In this document: piece by piece, positions 39,601 through 47,998 of the stretch
Position numbering within the stretch: position 1 is the stretch's first letter
Layout of the letters: every line of letters starts with the position of its first letter
DNA from: a virus
Taxonomy: Duplodnaviria > Caudoviricetes
Reading direction: 5' to 3' (one strand)
IMG/VR virus record: IMGVR_UViG_2645727839_000001
Coordinates: 1-64,000 of that record
Length of the DNA stretch: 64,000 nucleotides
Position numbers and translations under genes: made by a program
The notes under the pieces: model-generated
Told to the model about the DNA's origin: nothing
The model's database searches: none
Seen by the model: the letters and a program-made list of their open reading frames with translations, nothing else

Positions 39601-40285
39601 CATCAGAGTTTGTGACCTCTTTGAACTCATACATTTTGCCGTCTTTAGCGCGAAGTCGAATGGTTCCCGGCTCGCCCTTTCCAACGTGGCCAATAGACTC
39701 ACCTTTGACGTAAAGCTGTCCATCATCTTTGTTGAAATTAGCTTCTGGTTTGAAATCGACACCAAGATCAGGTTGTGAAGGAGTAGTACCTACCTCTTCA
39801 TCGGGTGTAGTTGGCTTCTCACCCGGCACCCAACCATCAGTGTTGTCTTCTGGTTTGGTACCATCTTCTGGTTTAGGGGTGAATTCAAAATCAGGGTCAG
39901 TAGGTACTTCTAATCCAAAGTCCTTATCTCCAATGAAGTCAGGTTCACCCGGCCATATTGGAAGCTCGACGCTAGGGTAATCTGGAACTTCGACATCAGG
40001 AGAGCCGCCGCCCGGTAGTGGTGCAGACTCTTCATCACCCGGAGTTGTTGGGGTTCCCGGAGTCCAACCGCTATCTGGAGTAGTTGGTTTAGATCCCGGT
40101 GCGATATCACCATTATTGTTTTCTTTGTCTGAGCCATCTACCCAACCGTCACCATTATCTGGGTTGATAGGATCAATGGGTTCAACTACAGCTGGTGGCT
40201 TTTCTGGTGCCAAAGTGTCTCGACTATCATCGTTACAACCGACGAGCGAGAGCCCTATGGCAATGCACAGTATTGATTTGTTCAT
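36665..40285 (-). CDS. Giant Pro/Asp/Gly repeat lipoprotein
   Basis: Lipobox LVGC; many DPDNGNGW repeats; three internal YYNGG domains. Confidence 0.8.
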   Translation of the reverse strand: MNKSILCIAIGLSLVGCNDDSRDTLAPEKPPAVVEPIDPINPDNGDGWVDGSDKENNNGDIAPGSKPTTPDSGWTPGTPTTPGDEESAPLPGGGSPDVEVPDYPSVELPIWPGEPDFIGDKDFGLEVPTDPDFEFTPKPEDGTKPEDNTDGWVPGEKPTTPDEEVGTTPSQPDLGVDFKPEANFNKDDGQLYVKGESIGHVGKGEPGTIRLRAKDGKMYEFKEVTNSDGSKSYYNGGYKVTVDENGKVDWNYVGDLDLDMPSLVEPGTKPTEPDNGNGWVPDAPTTTPDNDVEVGIERPDNGTKPITPPDTNPDWEVGEEGNWNGDSDYEIMPPIENPLPPFLDIGVDFNPEIYLEQGQLYYKKTSIAHVGLSHKNEVTLRLRGGEKLVFRIVELGNGETAYYNGGFMISVEDDGLLNWVYVGDAELDGDFNITPPTVNPIPPFLDIGTDFKPDLRVEAGRVFYKKTSIATFGNGLRGEVNVHTVNNHHFTFKVIENEDGTKSYYNGGYIVTVENDYLNWVYVGDIDLDSDFEFTPKPEDGTDVINPDNGNGWMPGTKPEDNTGDVKPGTKPINPDNGNGWKPGTKPEDNTGDVESGIKPIDPDNGNGWKPGTKPEDNTGDVAPGEDMTNPDNGNGWKPGTKPEDNTGDVAPGEDMTNPDNGNGWIPGKPNGGEPDLPWAPGTKPIEPDNGNGWVPGKPNGGDPDIPWAPGLTPDDSTNGDGWVPGTDKEDDSIFIGDKDFGLVEPIDPDFEFTPKPEDGTDMTDPDNGNGWRPSKPGQGEPDIPYEPGIKPIEPDNGDGWVDGSDKEDNSVEVAPGIPGEDMTDPNNPDHAVPGRPSTPDGETPINPPSKPSDEIINPDNGDGWKPGTKPEDNTGDVESGIKPIDPDSGNGWKPGTKPEDNTGDVESGIKPIDPDNGDGWKPGTKPEDNTGDVESGINPIEPDNGNGWVPGEEVDNKEDEVTVPKPGTPGEEVDKPLDPDSGVVPGEKPVDREDNEVGIEAPNLWLEAEAGLGLPDRSIHKVCEDKYGSNIIDVSCQYDDGVNALEIDIGFYMGNSHNPSGYNYGWASFKISSESINNGEMLSPKFIAFVEDGSQTSTFENIDTTVFWNNDTSTLFAETRRAARVGGHIMMVSNNFVDEYTKVPHAWTPMNLLEISKEPNQAILNTKYSIGFDAKTKGFQKGKFGDAKLFSNMHELFKEAYPSQS
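37430..38650. repeat. 84-bp (28-aa) tandem coding repeats, two clusters
   Basis: Unit PGTKPEDNTGDVESGIKPIDPDNGNGWK in near-identical copies. Confidence 0.85.
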
Positions 40286-40299
40286 ACTAATCTCCAACC

Positions 40300-40815
40300 C
40301 TAGAATCGGTAGCCGGCCATTAACATCAAGCTAGAGTAATTATCTAACTCGAAATCGGTGAGGTTGAAGTTGTATTGAAGACGAATGAAATGGTCTTGAT
40401 CGTCAGTTGTGTATTCAGCGCCTAGACCCAAAGCAGGTTTGAAGTCGCGGTTAGAATCACAAGTTGGACAATCCCAATCGATGTGTTGGAAGTTAAACCC
40501 AACCTTAGTGAAAAGATCGAAGTTTTGGTTGATCGCATAGTCAAACTTACCAGCGATAGATAAGTTCCACAGGTGCTCAGTATCGCCTTGATTGCGATTG
40601 AAGAGGTGTGTAGTTTCAACTTCTACAGACATTACGCTGTCGATCTCATGACCGAAGCCTGCCGCCACAGTAACAGGGTTACCTTTGTAGTCGTCTACGA
40701 ATGTTACGCCAGTACCGCCGTAAACATAAGCTTGAGGTGCTAGTGTTTCAGCTTGTACAGATAGAGTTGCTCCGGTCGCCATAAGAATGGCTGTTGCGAT
40801 TAATTGCTTTTTCAT
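40300..40815 (-). CDS. Outer membrane beta-barrel
   Basis: Signal peptide, C-terminal MAGYRF. Confidence 0.85.
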   Translation of the reverse strand: MKKQLIATAILMATGATLSVQAETLAPQAYVYGGTGVTFVDDYKGNPVTVAAGFGHEIDSVMSVEVETTHLFNRNQGDTEHLWNLSIAGKFDYAINQNFDLFTKVGFNFQHIDWDCPTCDSNRDFKPALGLGAEYTTDDQDHFIRLQYNFNLTDFELDNYSSLMLMAGYRF

Positions 40816-40997
40816 AATGGAATATCCAGTTTATTACTGTTGTTTTACGTCGATTAAGGAGGAAAAAAATCGACGTTAAACGCTTCCATTGTGCTAGTGC
40901 ATCTCCGGCATATATACCGAGATAGCACGAACCTTTGTTGTTATCACGACGTTGGTGATTCATGGTTGATACTCTCTATGGATTTAGATTGTTTGGG

Positions 40998-41429
40998 CTA
41001 ATTTAGTGTAATTGGCGCAAACAGCTTTTGTGGCATGTCGTAACCTTGCTGACTTGGCAATAAGCCATTTTCATCGGGCAATACTACTTGTACCACTGAC
41101 AAATGCTTTCCATTGCGATAGAACGAGTGAAGTTCCAGTATTTCATCCATGAAGGTTTCTACGTCTACCCTTACAAATTCTAGTGGCATGTTTACTAGGA
41201 AATCGTTTGATACCCCCGAGTTAAATCCGTTCTCTTTCCAGTGATGAAAGATGTCCGTAATGATTCTATGCATTAGGTCTTGACGGACTGGTACAGTGAC
41301 GACCAGCTCAGGAAGGTTCGATTCTGTAAAGCCTACCGTGTAGAACTTTGCATCACCGCAACATTGACTGATATTGACAAAACCATGTCGTTCAATACAT
41401 GTCGTTAAGTGACTCTGTTCAGGTTTCAT
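40998..41429 (-). CDS. DUF4262-like protein
   Basis: IERHG, FYTVG..LPELVV, QVVLPDENG.LP..GY. Confidence 0.7.
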   Translation of the reverse strand: MKPEQSHLTTCIERHGFVNISQCCGDAKFYTVGFTESNLPELVVTVPVRQDLMHRIITDIFHHWKENGFNSGVSNDFLVNMPLEFVRVDVETFMDEILELHSFYRNGKHLSVVQVVLPDENGLLPSQQGYDMPQKLFAPITLN

Positions 41430-41592
41430 AGTGCTCTCTTTGTGTAGTGAGTTCGTTTTCAATGAGATCATTATGCTCGATTCTTAGTGGGAGATCGGGC
41501 TACCTCAATGAAAGCCCGCTAGTTTAACCTTATTTCATATTCGGTCAAGCGGTTCAAAAAATAATCAACTCTTATACTAGCCTTCGGAACTC

Positions 41593-41925
41593 TTATACTA
41601 GCTTTCGGGCACGTAAAGCAAGCTCTGGGTTCTCTAGGCAAAGCTCATCACGTCGATTCTCTAGCATGGCTAGGCTCTCTTTCATTGTGACGCGGCTTTT
41701 AACTATCTTTAGAGAGATATACAGGTAGAACAAACTAAAGCCCAGCTGTGTTATCCCTAAAAAAGTATCCCCCATAACCATCATGCTACCCATAACCAAT
41801 GTTAAAGCCATCATAATTCGGCAAATCAAGATAGTTCGACCAGAACGTTTAACGCTTTGCTTGGCAAACCTAATATGAACACAGAGGTGGTTATATTCGG
41901 CTTCTGGATTACGCGCTAAATTCAT
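41593..41925 (-). CDS. Two-TM hypothetical protein
   Basis: Two hydrophobic helices; coupled to the upstream gene. Confidence 0.55.
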   Translation of the reverse strand: MNLARNPEAEYNHLCVHIRFAKQSVKRSGRTILICRIMMALTLVMGSMMVMGDTFLGITQLGFSLFYLYISLKIVKSRVTMKESLAMLENRRDELCLENPELALRARKLV

Positions 41926-42722
41926 ATGCTAAAGCCTGTATTTAATGGAATAACCGCTTCACTTAGTGGCATCTTGATTGGTTTACCACGATATAGATCT
42001 TTTGCATCACCAGAAACCACAACCGTATTGATGTAGTCTTCATTCAGTTTGCCTTTCTCTAAGCCTACGGTCAGGAACAATACGTGGTTATCATCAAAGA
42101 AGAACTGCCCTACTTGCAGCTCACCTAAATCACAAGGTTCTTTTAGCTGATCGTCTCTCATGCATTTCAGGAACAGAATCGAATTAGGTGTTGATGCGTC
42201 GAGTTCTGCCTTGCCGTTTTCGAGGTCTTTAGCTAGTACAGCAAGTTTGCGAAGAGACATTAATGGTCGAAGAGCTCGCTGAGCCTCTTTTTCATTTGGA
42301 GCTGCGGCTTTGATAATTTCGATTATCTTGTCCATCTTTTCGATTTCGTTGCCGAAGTTGGTATCTGATTTAGATTTGTTTTCTCCGCGAAGACGGTTAA
42401 GAACCTCATTAAAGTCTTCTTTGCTGTTCACCTCGAACTTCTTAGCACTAACCTTCATGCCCTTTTGTTGAGATAGGTAATTAGAAGTAAACTCCTGCAA
42501 TAGTTCGCCAGTTCGCACATCTTTAGCCGCAAGACAGCCTTCGTTTGCACCAAGAGCAACGCTATCCGGCATGAACACTTCGTGGCGGTAACCTTCTTTG
42601 TCGATGATAGTGCCAACCAAAGGTCGGTTAGTTACATCGTAATCTTCCACGCAGAAGCCTTTTTCGTTAATAGCCCAATTTTTAAGTGCCTCTAATACGC
42701 GCTTGTTACTATCGATCTTCAT
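41922..42722 (-). CDS. Hypothetical protein
   Basis: 266 aa, GAGGA RBS, palindrome upstream. Confidence 0.65.
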   Translation of the reverse strand: MKIDSNKRVLEALKNWAINEKGFCVEDYDVTNRPLVGTIIDKEGYRHEVFMPDSVALGANEGCLAAKDVRTGELLQEFTSNYLSQQKGMKVSAKKFEVNSKEDFNEVLNRLRGENKSKSDTNFGNEIEKMDKIIEIIKAAAPNEKEAQRALRPLMSLRKLAVLAKDLENGKAELDASTPNSILFLKCMRDDQLKEPCDLGELQVGQFFFDDNHVLFLTVGLEKGKLNEDYINTVVVSGDAKDLYRGKPIKMPLSEAVIPLNTGFSI

Positions 42723-42769
42723 ACATCCTCTTATAAGTCATTGGTGACTTAACATATTAAACAAAAAAT

Positions 42770-42928
42770 TTACCAGTTTTCAGGGTCTAGGCAGTCAGCT
42801 TCGCCCCAGGTACATGCGCCACATGTATCTAAGGACATTTCCAAATTGCCTGTCGTTCGATTAATGATATCAACTGTTGGTGAAGCACCGCAGTTACAGC
42901 ACGAACCTTTTTCGTTTGGCACAGCCAT
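42770..42928 (-). CDS. Small Cys-rich (zinc-finger) protein, 52 aa
   Basis: Manually translated MAVPNEKGSCCNCGASP..CGACTWGEADCLDPENW. Confidence 0.6.
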   Translation of the reverse strand: MAVPNEKGSCCNCGASPTVDIINRTTGNLEMSLDTCGACTWGEADCLDPENW

Positions 42929-42938
42929 ACTTGTTGAT

Positions 42939-43160
42939 TCAGACATCGCATTCTTCCTCTCGAATGTAGCTAACCATTTTTACTTTCTTACCCGTTAGTT
43001 CACCAATACGTTTGGCTAGTGGACGCATCTTGTCGGCAATATCTTTCTTGCCAGTAACAAGAGGCATCCAGCCTTCACCTGTATGGTGACCAACAATGCC
43101 CTCACCCTCATCTCCGCCATTATCAGCTATAAAAGCGAAGAGCTGTTTCAATTCCGACAT
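42939..43160 (-). CDS. Hypothetical protein
   Basis: 73 aa, GAGGG RBS. Confidence 0.6.
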   Translation of the reverse strand: MSELKQLFAFIADNGGDEGEGIVGHHTGEGWMPLVTGKKDIADKMRPLAKRIGELTGKKVKMVSYIREEECDV

Positions 43161-43176
43161 GTTGTTCCCTCTTATT

Positions 43177-43271
43177 GGATTAGGAGAGGGTTTTTTAGCA
43201 GTCCCTTATATATATCTATCTTTGATAGATATATTTATATAACGAACGAGATTTTTACCCTCTCCTAATCC
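43177..43271. repeat. AT hairpin plus 24-bp direct repeat, copy 2, inside a 15-bp inverted repeat
   Basis: ATATATCTATC-TTT-GATAGATATAT then the same 24-mer at 43244-43267. Confidence 0.8.
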
Positions 43272-43651
43272 ATCTCAATGTAACTGCGGTATGCACTAAT
43301 AAAGAATTCAGATTCTTTAGCTGCGGCAACACCGGTTATTTCATGAGATGGAACTAGGGTTTGCGGTACCGGGCGACCTAACAAGATCTCGTAATCCACC
43401 AGCCGACGAACGCCTTTAATTACTGCCTGACCCACAGCTGGCTTACTAAGACCCATTTGGGTAGCCGCAATCTCATAGCTTTGGCCTGCAACAATGGTGT
43501 TATTAACAGCCTCAAGCATCTTCGATGAGATCTTAGGTCGGATTGATAACACCATATCTTGATAGATAACCTTAAGTTTGGCGGCAATCTTAGGTTCGCT
43601 AACGTTGATAGCTTCTCTAAGAGCCAAGATGTGCTCAGTTGTTACCTGCAT
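43265..43651 (-). CDS. HTH protein (TrfB/KorA-like)
   Basis: IVAGQSYEIAATQMGLSKPAVGQAV. Confidence 0.6.
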   Translation of the reverse strand: MQVTTEHILALREAINVSEPKIAAKLKVIYQDMVLSIRPKISSKMLEAVNNTIVAGQSYEIAATQMGLSKPAVGQAVIKGVRRLVDYEILLGRPVPQTLVPSHEITGVAAAKESEFFISAYRSYIEMD

Positions 43652-43823
43652 CTTTAACCTCCAACTTCTCGGTGCGTTGAACAGTGATTTCACTACCCAG
43701 ATCATCAACGGCTAGCTGGATACGACCATTCTTGTAATCTTTAGCAATAACACGGCAAATTTCTTTACCGTCTTTGGACATAATGGAAAGAGATTGTCCC
43801 TTTCCTCTGTTAAGAATTAACAC
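43635..43823 (-). CDS. csrA: CsrA/RsmA-like RNA-binding protein
   Basis: MLILNR..GQSL.I..GRIQLAVD..ITVQRTE matches the CsrA pattern. Confidence 0.72.
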   Translation of the reverse strand: MLILNRGKGQSLSIMSKDGKEICRVIAKDYKNGRIQLAVDDLGSEITVQRTEKLEVKDAGNN

Positions 43824-44157
43824 TTAGTTTTCCTTCAATGTTTCCAAATAGGTTAGGAAACTCTTTTTGAAGGCATTCGACTAGCATTTGCTGATGACCG
43901 CTCGATAACATTTCACTGATACCATCCGTCTTGCTTTGCATAACATAGCCATTAGTGAAACGGCATTTGTTGCTTGCTTCGTTTAGCAAAGAGATTTGGT
44001 TTTCAAACGTAGAAACGTGAATGGTGCCAGTTGCGTCAGCAGAAGAGATTCGATGGTAAGTCACTCCTAACTTATTAGTCAGGGCAACATAAAGGAAACC
44101 TCGAGCTTGGCTTTCGATAGGATGAACAAGTGCTAGTAATTCGATAGTGCCTTTCAT
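43810..44157 (-). CDS. Hypothetical protein
   Basis: CACAAAGAG leader; first gene of the csrA operon. Confidence 0.6.
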   Translation of the reverse strand: MKGTIELLALVHPIESQARGFLYVALTNKLGVTYHRISSADATGTIHVSTFENQISLLNEASNKCRFTNGYVMQSKTDGISEMLSSGHQQMLVECLQKEFPNLFGNIEGKLSVNS

Positions 44158-44437
44158 AGTGATTTTCTCTCTCTTTGTGTGTGATTCTTATAGTAACAGT
44201 GAGCATGTGGCATGTAAACGCAATGAAAAAATAAACTTAACTTAAGAAATAAACTTTATTTCTTGCAATTATATTACCTTTTCTGTGAGCAATTCTAAGA
44301 GCTTTTGATAGATAACTAGAGCAAGTGCTCGAGATATGCACTCCCAGATGCTTGAGAGCGCACAGAGCGCGTTTAAATGAGTGATTTATTGAATTGATAG
44401 AACTATCAGACAAAAGAAAAGGGACTTAAAGTCCCTT

Positions 44438-44824
44438 TCATAAAACATGCTCTGGTTGTTGGTGCCAGGGCCCATAATGTTGGTGCTCAAAAGCATTTAG
44501 TTTGGCACTGTAGTAATCGTAATGAACGCATTGGTCTGGATCTATTTTACCAATAAGGTAATACAGCTCTTTCGGTATGCTGATTTCATTGCCATTTGAG
44601 ATGTCTTTTACCATGATCATCTCACCAATTGGGAGGCTAACCTTAACCTCTAACCAACAATGAGATATCTCCAAGCCTTTTATTGGGCCCTGCCCTGTAA
44701 CCACCCCATGAACCAATCGATAGTTATCGTCATGAGGTAGGTTGTCAAAATGGATATGGAAACAATCACCCATTTGACGGTCTTCGGGAATTGTTTCTAG
44801 GATTTCTTCTTTGGTTGCTCGCAT
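44438..44824 (-). CDS. Hypothetical protein (HCW motif)
   Basis: GDCF..LVHG..SHCWLE..YGPW. Confidence 0.6.
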   Translation of the reverse strand: MRATKEEILETIPEDRQMGDCFHIHFDNLPHDDNYRLVHGVVTGQGPIKGLEISHCWLEVKVSLPIGEMIMVKDISNGNEISIPKELYYLIGKIDPDQCVHYDYYSAKLNAFEHQHYGPWHQQPEHVL

Positions 44825-45093
44825 CGGTTTCTTAACTTTAGTCCGGCTTTAAAGGTGCAGACACGACGAGCGGTAATAGTTACAGGTTCTTTCGTCTTAG
44901 GGTTGCGACCCGGACGACTCGGCTTTTCTCTGGTAACAAAGTTACCAAAGCCAGAAAGTTTCAGTTCACCTTCAACGATCTCATTGCTTAAGGTGCTAAA
45001 GAAATCATCCACGAAACTTTTTGAATCGCGAATTGTGAAGCCTAGTTTGTTCTGTAGACTTTCTGCCAAAACTGCTTTGGTTAATGTGCTCAT
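44797..45093 (-). CDS. ihfA: Integration host factor alpha-like
   Basis: LTKA.LAE, KLSGFGNF..R.K..RPGRNPKT.E..ITARRV.TF. Confidence 0.88.
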   Translation of the reverse strand: MSTLTKAVLAESLQNKLGFTIRDSKSFVDDFFSTLSNEIVEGELKLSGFGNFVTREKPSRPGRNPKTKEPVTITARRVCTFKAGLKLRNRCEQPKKKS

Positions 45094-45146
45094 AGTGCCT
45101 CTCTTTGTGTTTTATTAGTCATTGGTGACTTAACAACTGAGGCGTG

Positions 45147-46052
45147 TTAAGCCTCAGTATTTAGCTTCTCGGCAAGTACGCTATCTGGATTTAGCGTCAG
45201 TGTCTTACCTGCAAGTGTGCCAATCTTCATGAAGTTAATAACCTGCATGAGCTGACTTGATTGAGCCGAAGCCGTACCTTTTGAGTACTTCTCTTGGTAT
45301 CGGTCGCGTAGCTCAGTCGATGAGAGAGTACCGTTTTTAAATAACATGTCCAGAGCAATGTCGGTATACACAGAGAGTGCCACGCCAGAGTTCAGGTGTT
45401 GGAACATGTTCAGTACTTTTTCACCTACTTTCTTTGGAAGTTTGTCGATATCGTTAAGACGGCTGTTAATCAAACCTGTCATATCTTCAACTTCTGTGTC
45501 GGCTTTAACTAGAACCATGTGAGTATTGATAGACTCGCCTAGTTTTACCTTAACGGCTTCTGACTTGGATAGGCCTGATACACCGGGACCACGTTTAGCT
45601 GCGGTCTTTTTAGTTTCAGGTTTAGCCACCGGTTCTTCCGAACTCTCGTCTTCCGTTGGGATCTTCTTGTTAGCTGCCTTCTTCTTGTTACTCTCAACCT
45701 CAGAAGTTTTAGTTTCTGGCTTAGCTAGAACCTCGTCTTCCTCAACCTCGTCTTCTTCGTAAAGCTCGGTGTTGTCTTGAGTTGCAGGGTCAGAAGCCAG
45801 TAGCTCTTCCAGTTCATCATCTAGATCATCTAGAACGATATCGCTTTTAGCCTCTACTTCGCTATCGTCAGCACCTTCTAGTACTAACTCATCGATGCCA
45901 TCAAGTAGCTCATCAAGCTCTTCGGAAGCATCATCTGCCTTTACAGGAGTTGTAACAGGAGCATCAGCCTCTAGCTCTTCGATGTCCAAGTCAGCCAGTA
46001 ATGCGTCTAGCTCGTTTTCTTGTGATTTAGCAGTTGCAGTTGAAACGCTCAT
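45147..46052 (-). CDS. Acidic N-terminus plus winged-helix-like C-terminus protein
   Basis: Very Asp/Glu-rich N-terminal region; C-terminal YSKGTASAQSSQ helix. Confidence 0.65.
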   Translation of the reverse strand: MSVSTATAKSQENELDALLADLDIEELEADAPVTTPVKADDASEELDELLDGIDELVLEGADDSEVEAKSDIVLDDLDDELEELLASDPATQDNTELYEEDEVEEDEVLAKPETKTSEVESNKKKAANKKIPTEDESSEEPVAKPETKKTAAKRGPGVSGLSKSEAVKVKLGESINTHMVLVKADTEVEDMTGLINSRLNDIDKLPKKVGEKVLNMFQHLNSGVALSVYTDIALDMLFKNGTLSSTELRDRYQEKYSKGTASAQSSQLMQVINFMKIGTLAGKTLTLNPDSVLAEKLNTEA

Positions 46053-46148
46053 AAGTGCCTCTCTTTGTGAATTAGTGTATTTCGTTTCGATGAGTACATA
46101 TTAAGTGACTTGAATTGGCAGTCCTACTCAGCCACTTAATAATGCCTG

Positions 46149-46616
46149 TTAAGACCAGAGCCCTAAGTCGGATGACGATGAGGCTGGCGCAGCCGTTGAA
46201 ATTTCTTCCTCTACCTCATTAGGTTCGGGTTCGTAGATAGTCTCTTCTTTGACTTCTGGCTCTTTGATTAGAATGTTGCCTTTCTCTACGAATTCCATCT
46301 CATCATCGAGATCTGATTTGGTAAATTGAAGAAGTACATCCTCAAATCCCACGTTCATCTCTTCTTCCGAACGGAATGTATTGGTTAAAGAAACATCTTT
46401 TATCCAATTACCATTCACATTGTTATGAACGAAAAGTGTGAATAACTTTCGGTCTTCCGGTGCAGTTCGAGAATCAGCCTCCCCTCGCCATTCCGCAGAT
46501 ACCATAATGTCGTTATTGCAGTACTCTCGAAAGACTCGGTATTCATCTCGAGCTAGAAGTTTGCGCCACGCTTCTTTCTTAATACGTGCGCCTTTCTTGT
46601 TATAGAACTGGATCAT
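46149..46616 (-). CDS. Hypothetical protein
   Basis: 155 aa; palindrome abuts start. Confidence 0.6.
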   Translation of the reverse strand: MIQFYNKKGARIKKEAWRKLLARDEYRVFREYCNNDIMVSAEWRGEADSRTAPEDRKLFTLFVHNNVNGNWIKDVSLTNTFRSEEEMNVGFEDVLLQFTKSDLDDEMEFVEKGNILIKEPEVKEETIYEPEPNEVEEEISTAAPASSSSDLGLWS

Positions 46617-46727
46617 AAGTCACCCGTTACTTTATTTAGTGAGTGCTTATGTTAATTGCTGAGGAATGGGGATGAAAGGACGGGTATAAAAAAGCCCTAC
46701 ATGAGTAGGGCTTGGTCTTACTGGATA

Positions 46728-47252
46728 TTACATCGACATAATATATTTTTTATTTGAAGCCGACTTTACTTTGATTCTCTGCATCAAGGTGCCACCTTCG
46801 GGAACAATTGAGTCTGAACTTACTTGCCACGTAATGCCCGAGACAATGAAGTACTCACCTGCCGGAACATCTTCAAACTCGAATGAACCTGTAGCGTCAC
46901 ATACGGATACTAGGTTGTAATTAAGAAATTCAGCCGGAGCTTGAGGTGGTGTGCCACCAGCAGAGAAAGGACTTGTTGAGCGAAAGCCCTTAACAGTATT
47001 GCCGTAGATAATGGAAATACGTTCTTCTGAGTAAGGTGATACAGGGACCATATCTATTTGGTAGCCTGCGCATGTTTTAACTTCACCGCCAACGGTACGT
47101 AGGAATGCTTGACCACGCACTGTTGCATCACCTTCTTCTTGTGACCATTCAACGTCTGATGGTGCGAAAGTATTTTGCATTGGGGTAACAGTTGCGCAAC
47201 CTGCAAGGGCTATTGAACCGATCGCTACGGCGATAAGTGATAATTTTTTCAT
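46728..47252 (-). CDS. Lipoprotein with beta-sandwich domain
   Basis: Lipobox LAGC; CDATGSFEFEDVPAGEY. Confidence 0.75.
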   Translation of the reverse strand: MKKLSLIAVAIGSIALAGCATVTPMQNTFAPSDVEWSQEEGDATVRGQAFLRTVGGEVKTCAGYQIDMVPVSPYSEERISIIYGNTVKGFRSTSPFSAGGTPPQAPAEFLNYNLVSVCDATGSFEFEDVPAGEYFIVSGITWQVSSDSIVPEGGTLMQRIKVKSASNKKYIMSM

Positions 47253-47325
47253 GGTAATTGTTCTCTTTGTGCTTAGTGTGATGCGAATATTAGAGATTAG
47301 TGGATGGGTTTTCAATACTACAGAC

Positions 47326-47430
47326 ACAACAAAGCCGCCCGACTGGGCGGCTTTTATGCGTAGGCCACTACCCTACTGAACAATTAAAATTGTTCTACAC
47401 AAAGAGAAACCACTAAAAGTAGTTTCACCA
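47326..47430 (-). ncRNA. Candidate sRNA-2 with anti-leader seed
   Basis: TATACT -10 at 47436-47441; three hairpins plus GCCGCCC/GGGCGGC terminator; 19-nt perfect complement to leader 62262-62280. Confidence 0.65.
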
Positions 47431-47449
47431 GTGCGAGTATATGCGGTTC

Positions 47450-47998
47450 TTAAGATGCATTCAACCGAAAGTAGCCTAAACGCTCGCCTTCAAAGAGCGA
47501 ACGAGCCAAAACATCAGTGTCATAGTCGGCTCTGTGAGCTGATTCTGGGTCGTAATCCACACCCATAGCCCAACATAACTCTGCTAGATTGGGTACTTTA
47601 CCCATTGAAGTTGCTGTTCTCCCCTCAACCATAGTGTCATAGACTTCAAACTGAGGAACTTCAAAGCCATCAGCCATCAAATTGAAAGCAATGATTGGGA
47701 AATCGAACGAATAGCCATTATGCGCAACGGCATAATCGCACTTCTCAAGAATCTTAATTAGCTTAGGCGCAACCTCTTTGAATGCAGGTTTGCCTTTCAA
47801 ATCATCAGCACTAATGCCGTGTACAACTTGAGCCTTTGGATCGATTGCTTTAGGCGTCCAAATCAATTCGTTCCATGTAGTTCCGACCTGACGCCAACCT
47901 GCTTCTTGCTTGCGGTATACGCCAACAGCAATCTCGATGATCTTATCTTCTTCAACGTTTAAGCCTGTGCTCTCAACGTCCAGAACAGCAACTATCAT
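47450..47998 (-). CDS. DEDDh 3'-5' exonuclease (DnaQ-like)
   Basis: LDVESTG, VHGI, AHN..FD, HRADYD. Confidence 0.9.
   Translation of the reverse strand: MIVAVLDVESTGLNVEEDKIIEIAVGVYRKQEAGWRQVGTTWNELIWTPKAIDPKAQVVHGISADDLKGKPAFKEVAPKLIKILEKCDYAVAHNGYSFDFPIIAFNLMADGFEVPQFEVYDTMVEGRTATSMGKVPNLAELCWAMGVDYDPESAHRADYDTDVLARSLFEGERLGYFRLNAS

Noticed and set aside
40748-40963. 71-aa leader ORF or riboswitch before the barrel gene
   Set aside because: Two hairpins are present but I recognise no riboswitch consensus, and the ORF overlaps the barrel start out of frame; insufficient support
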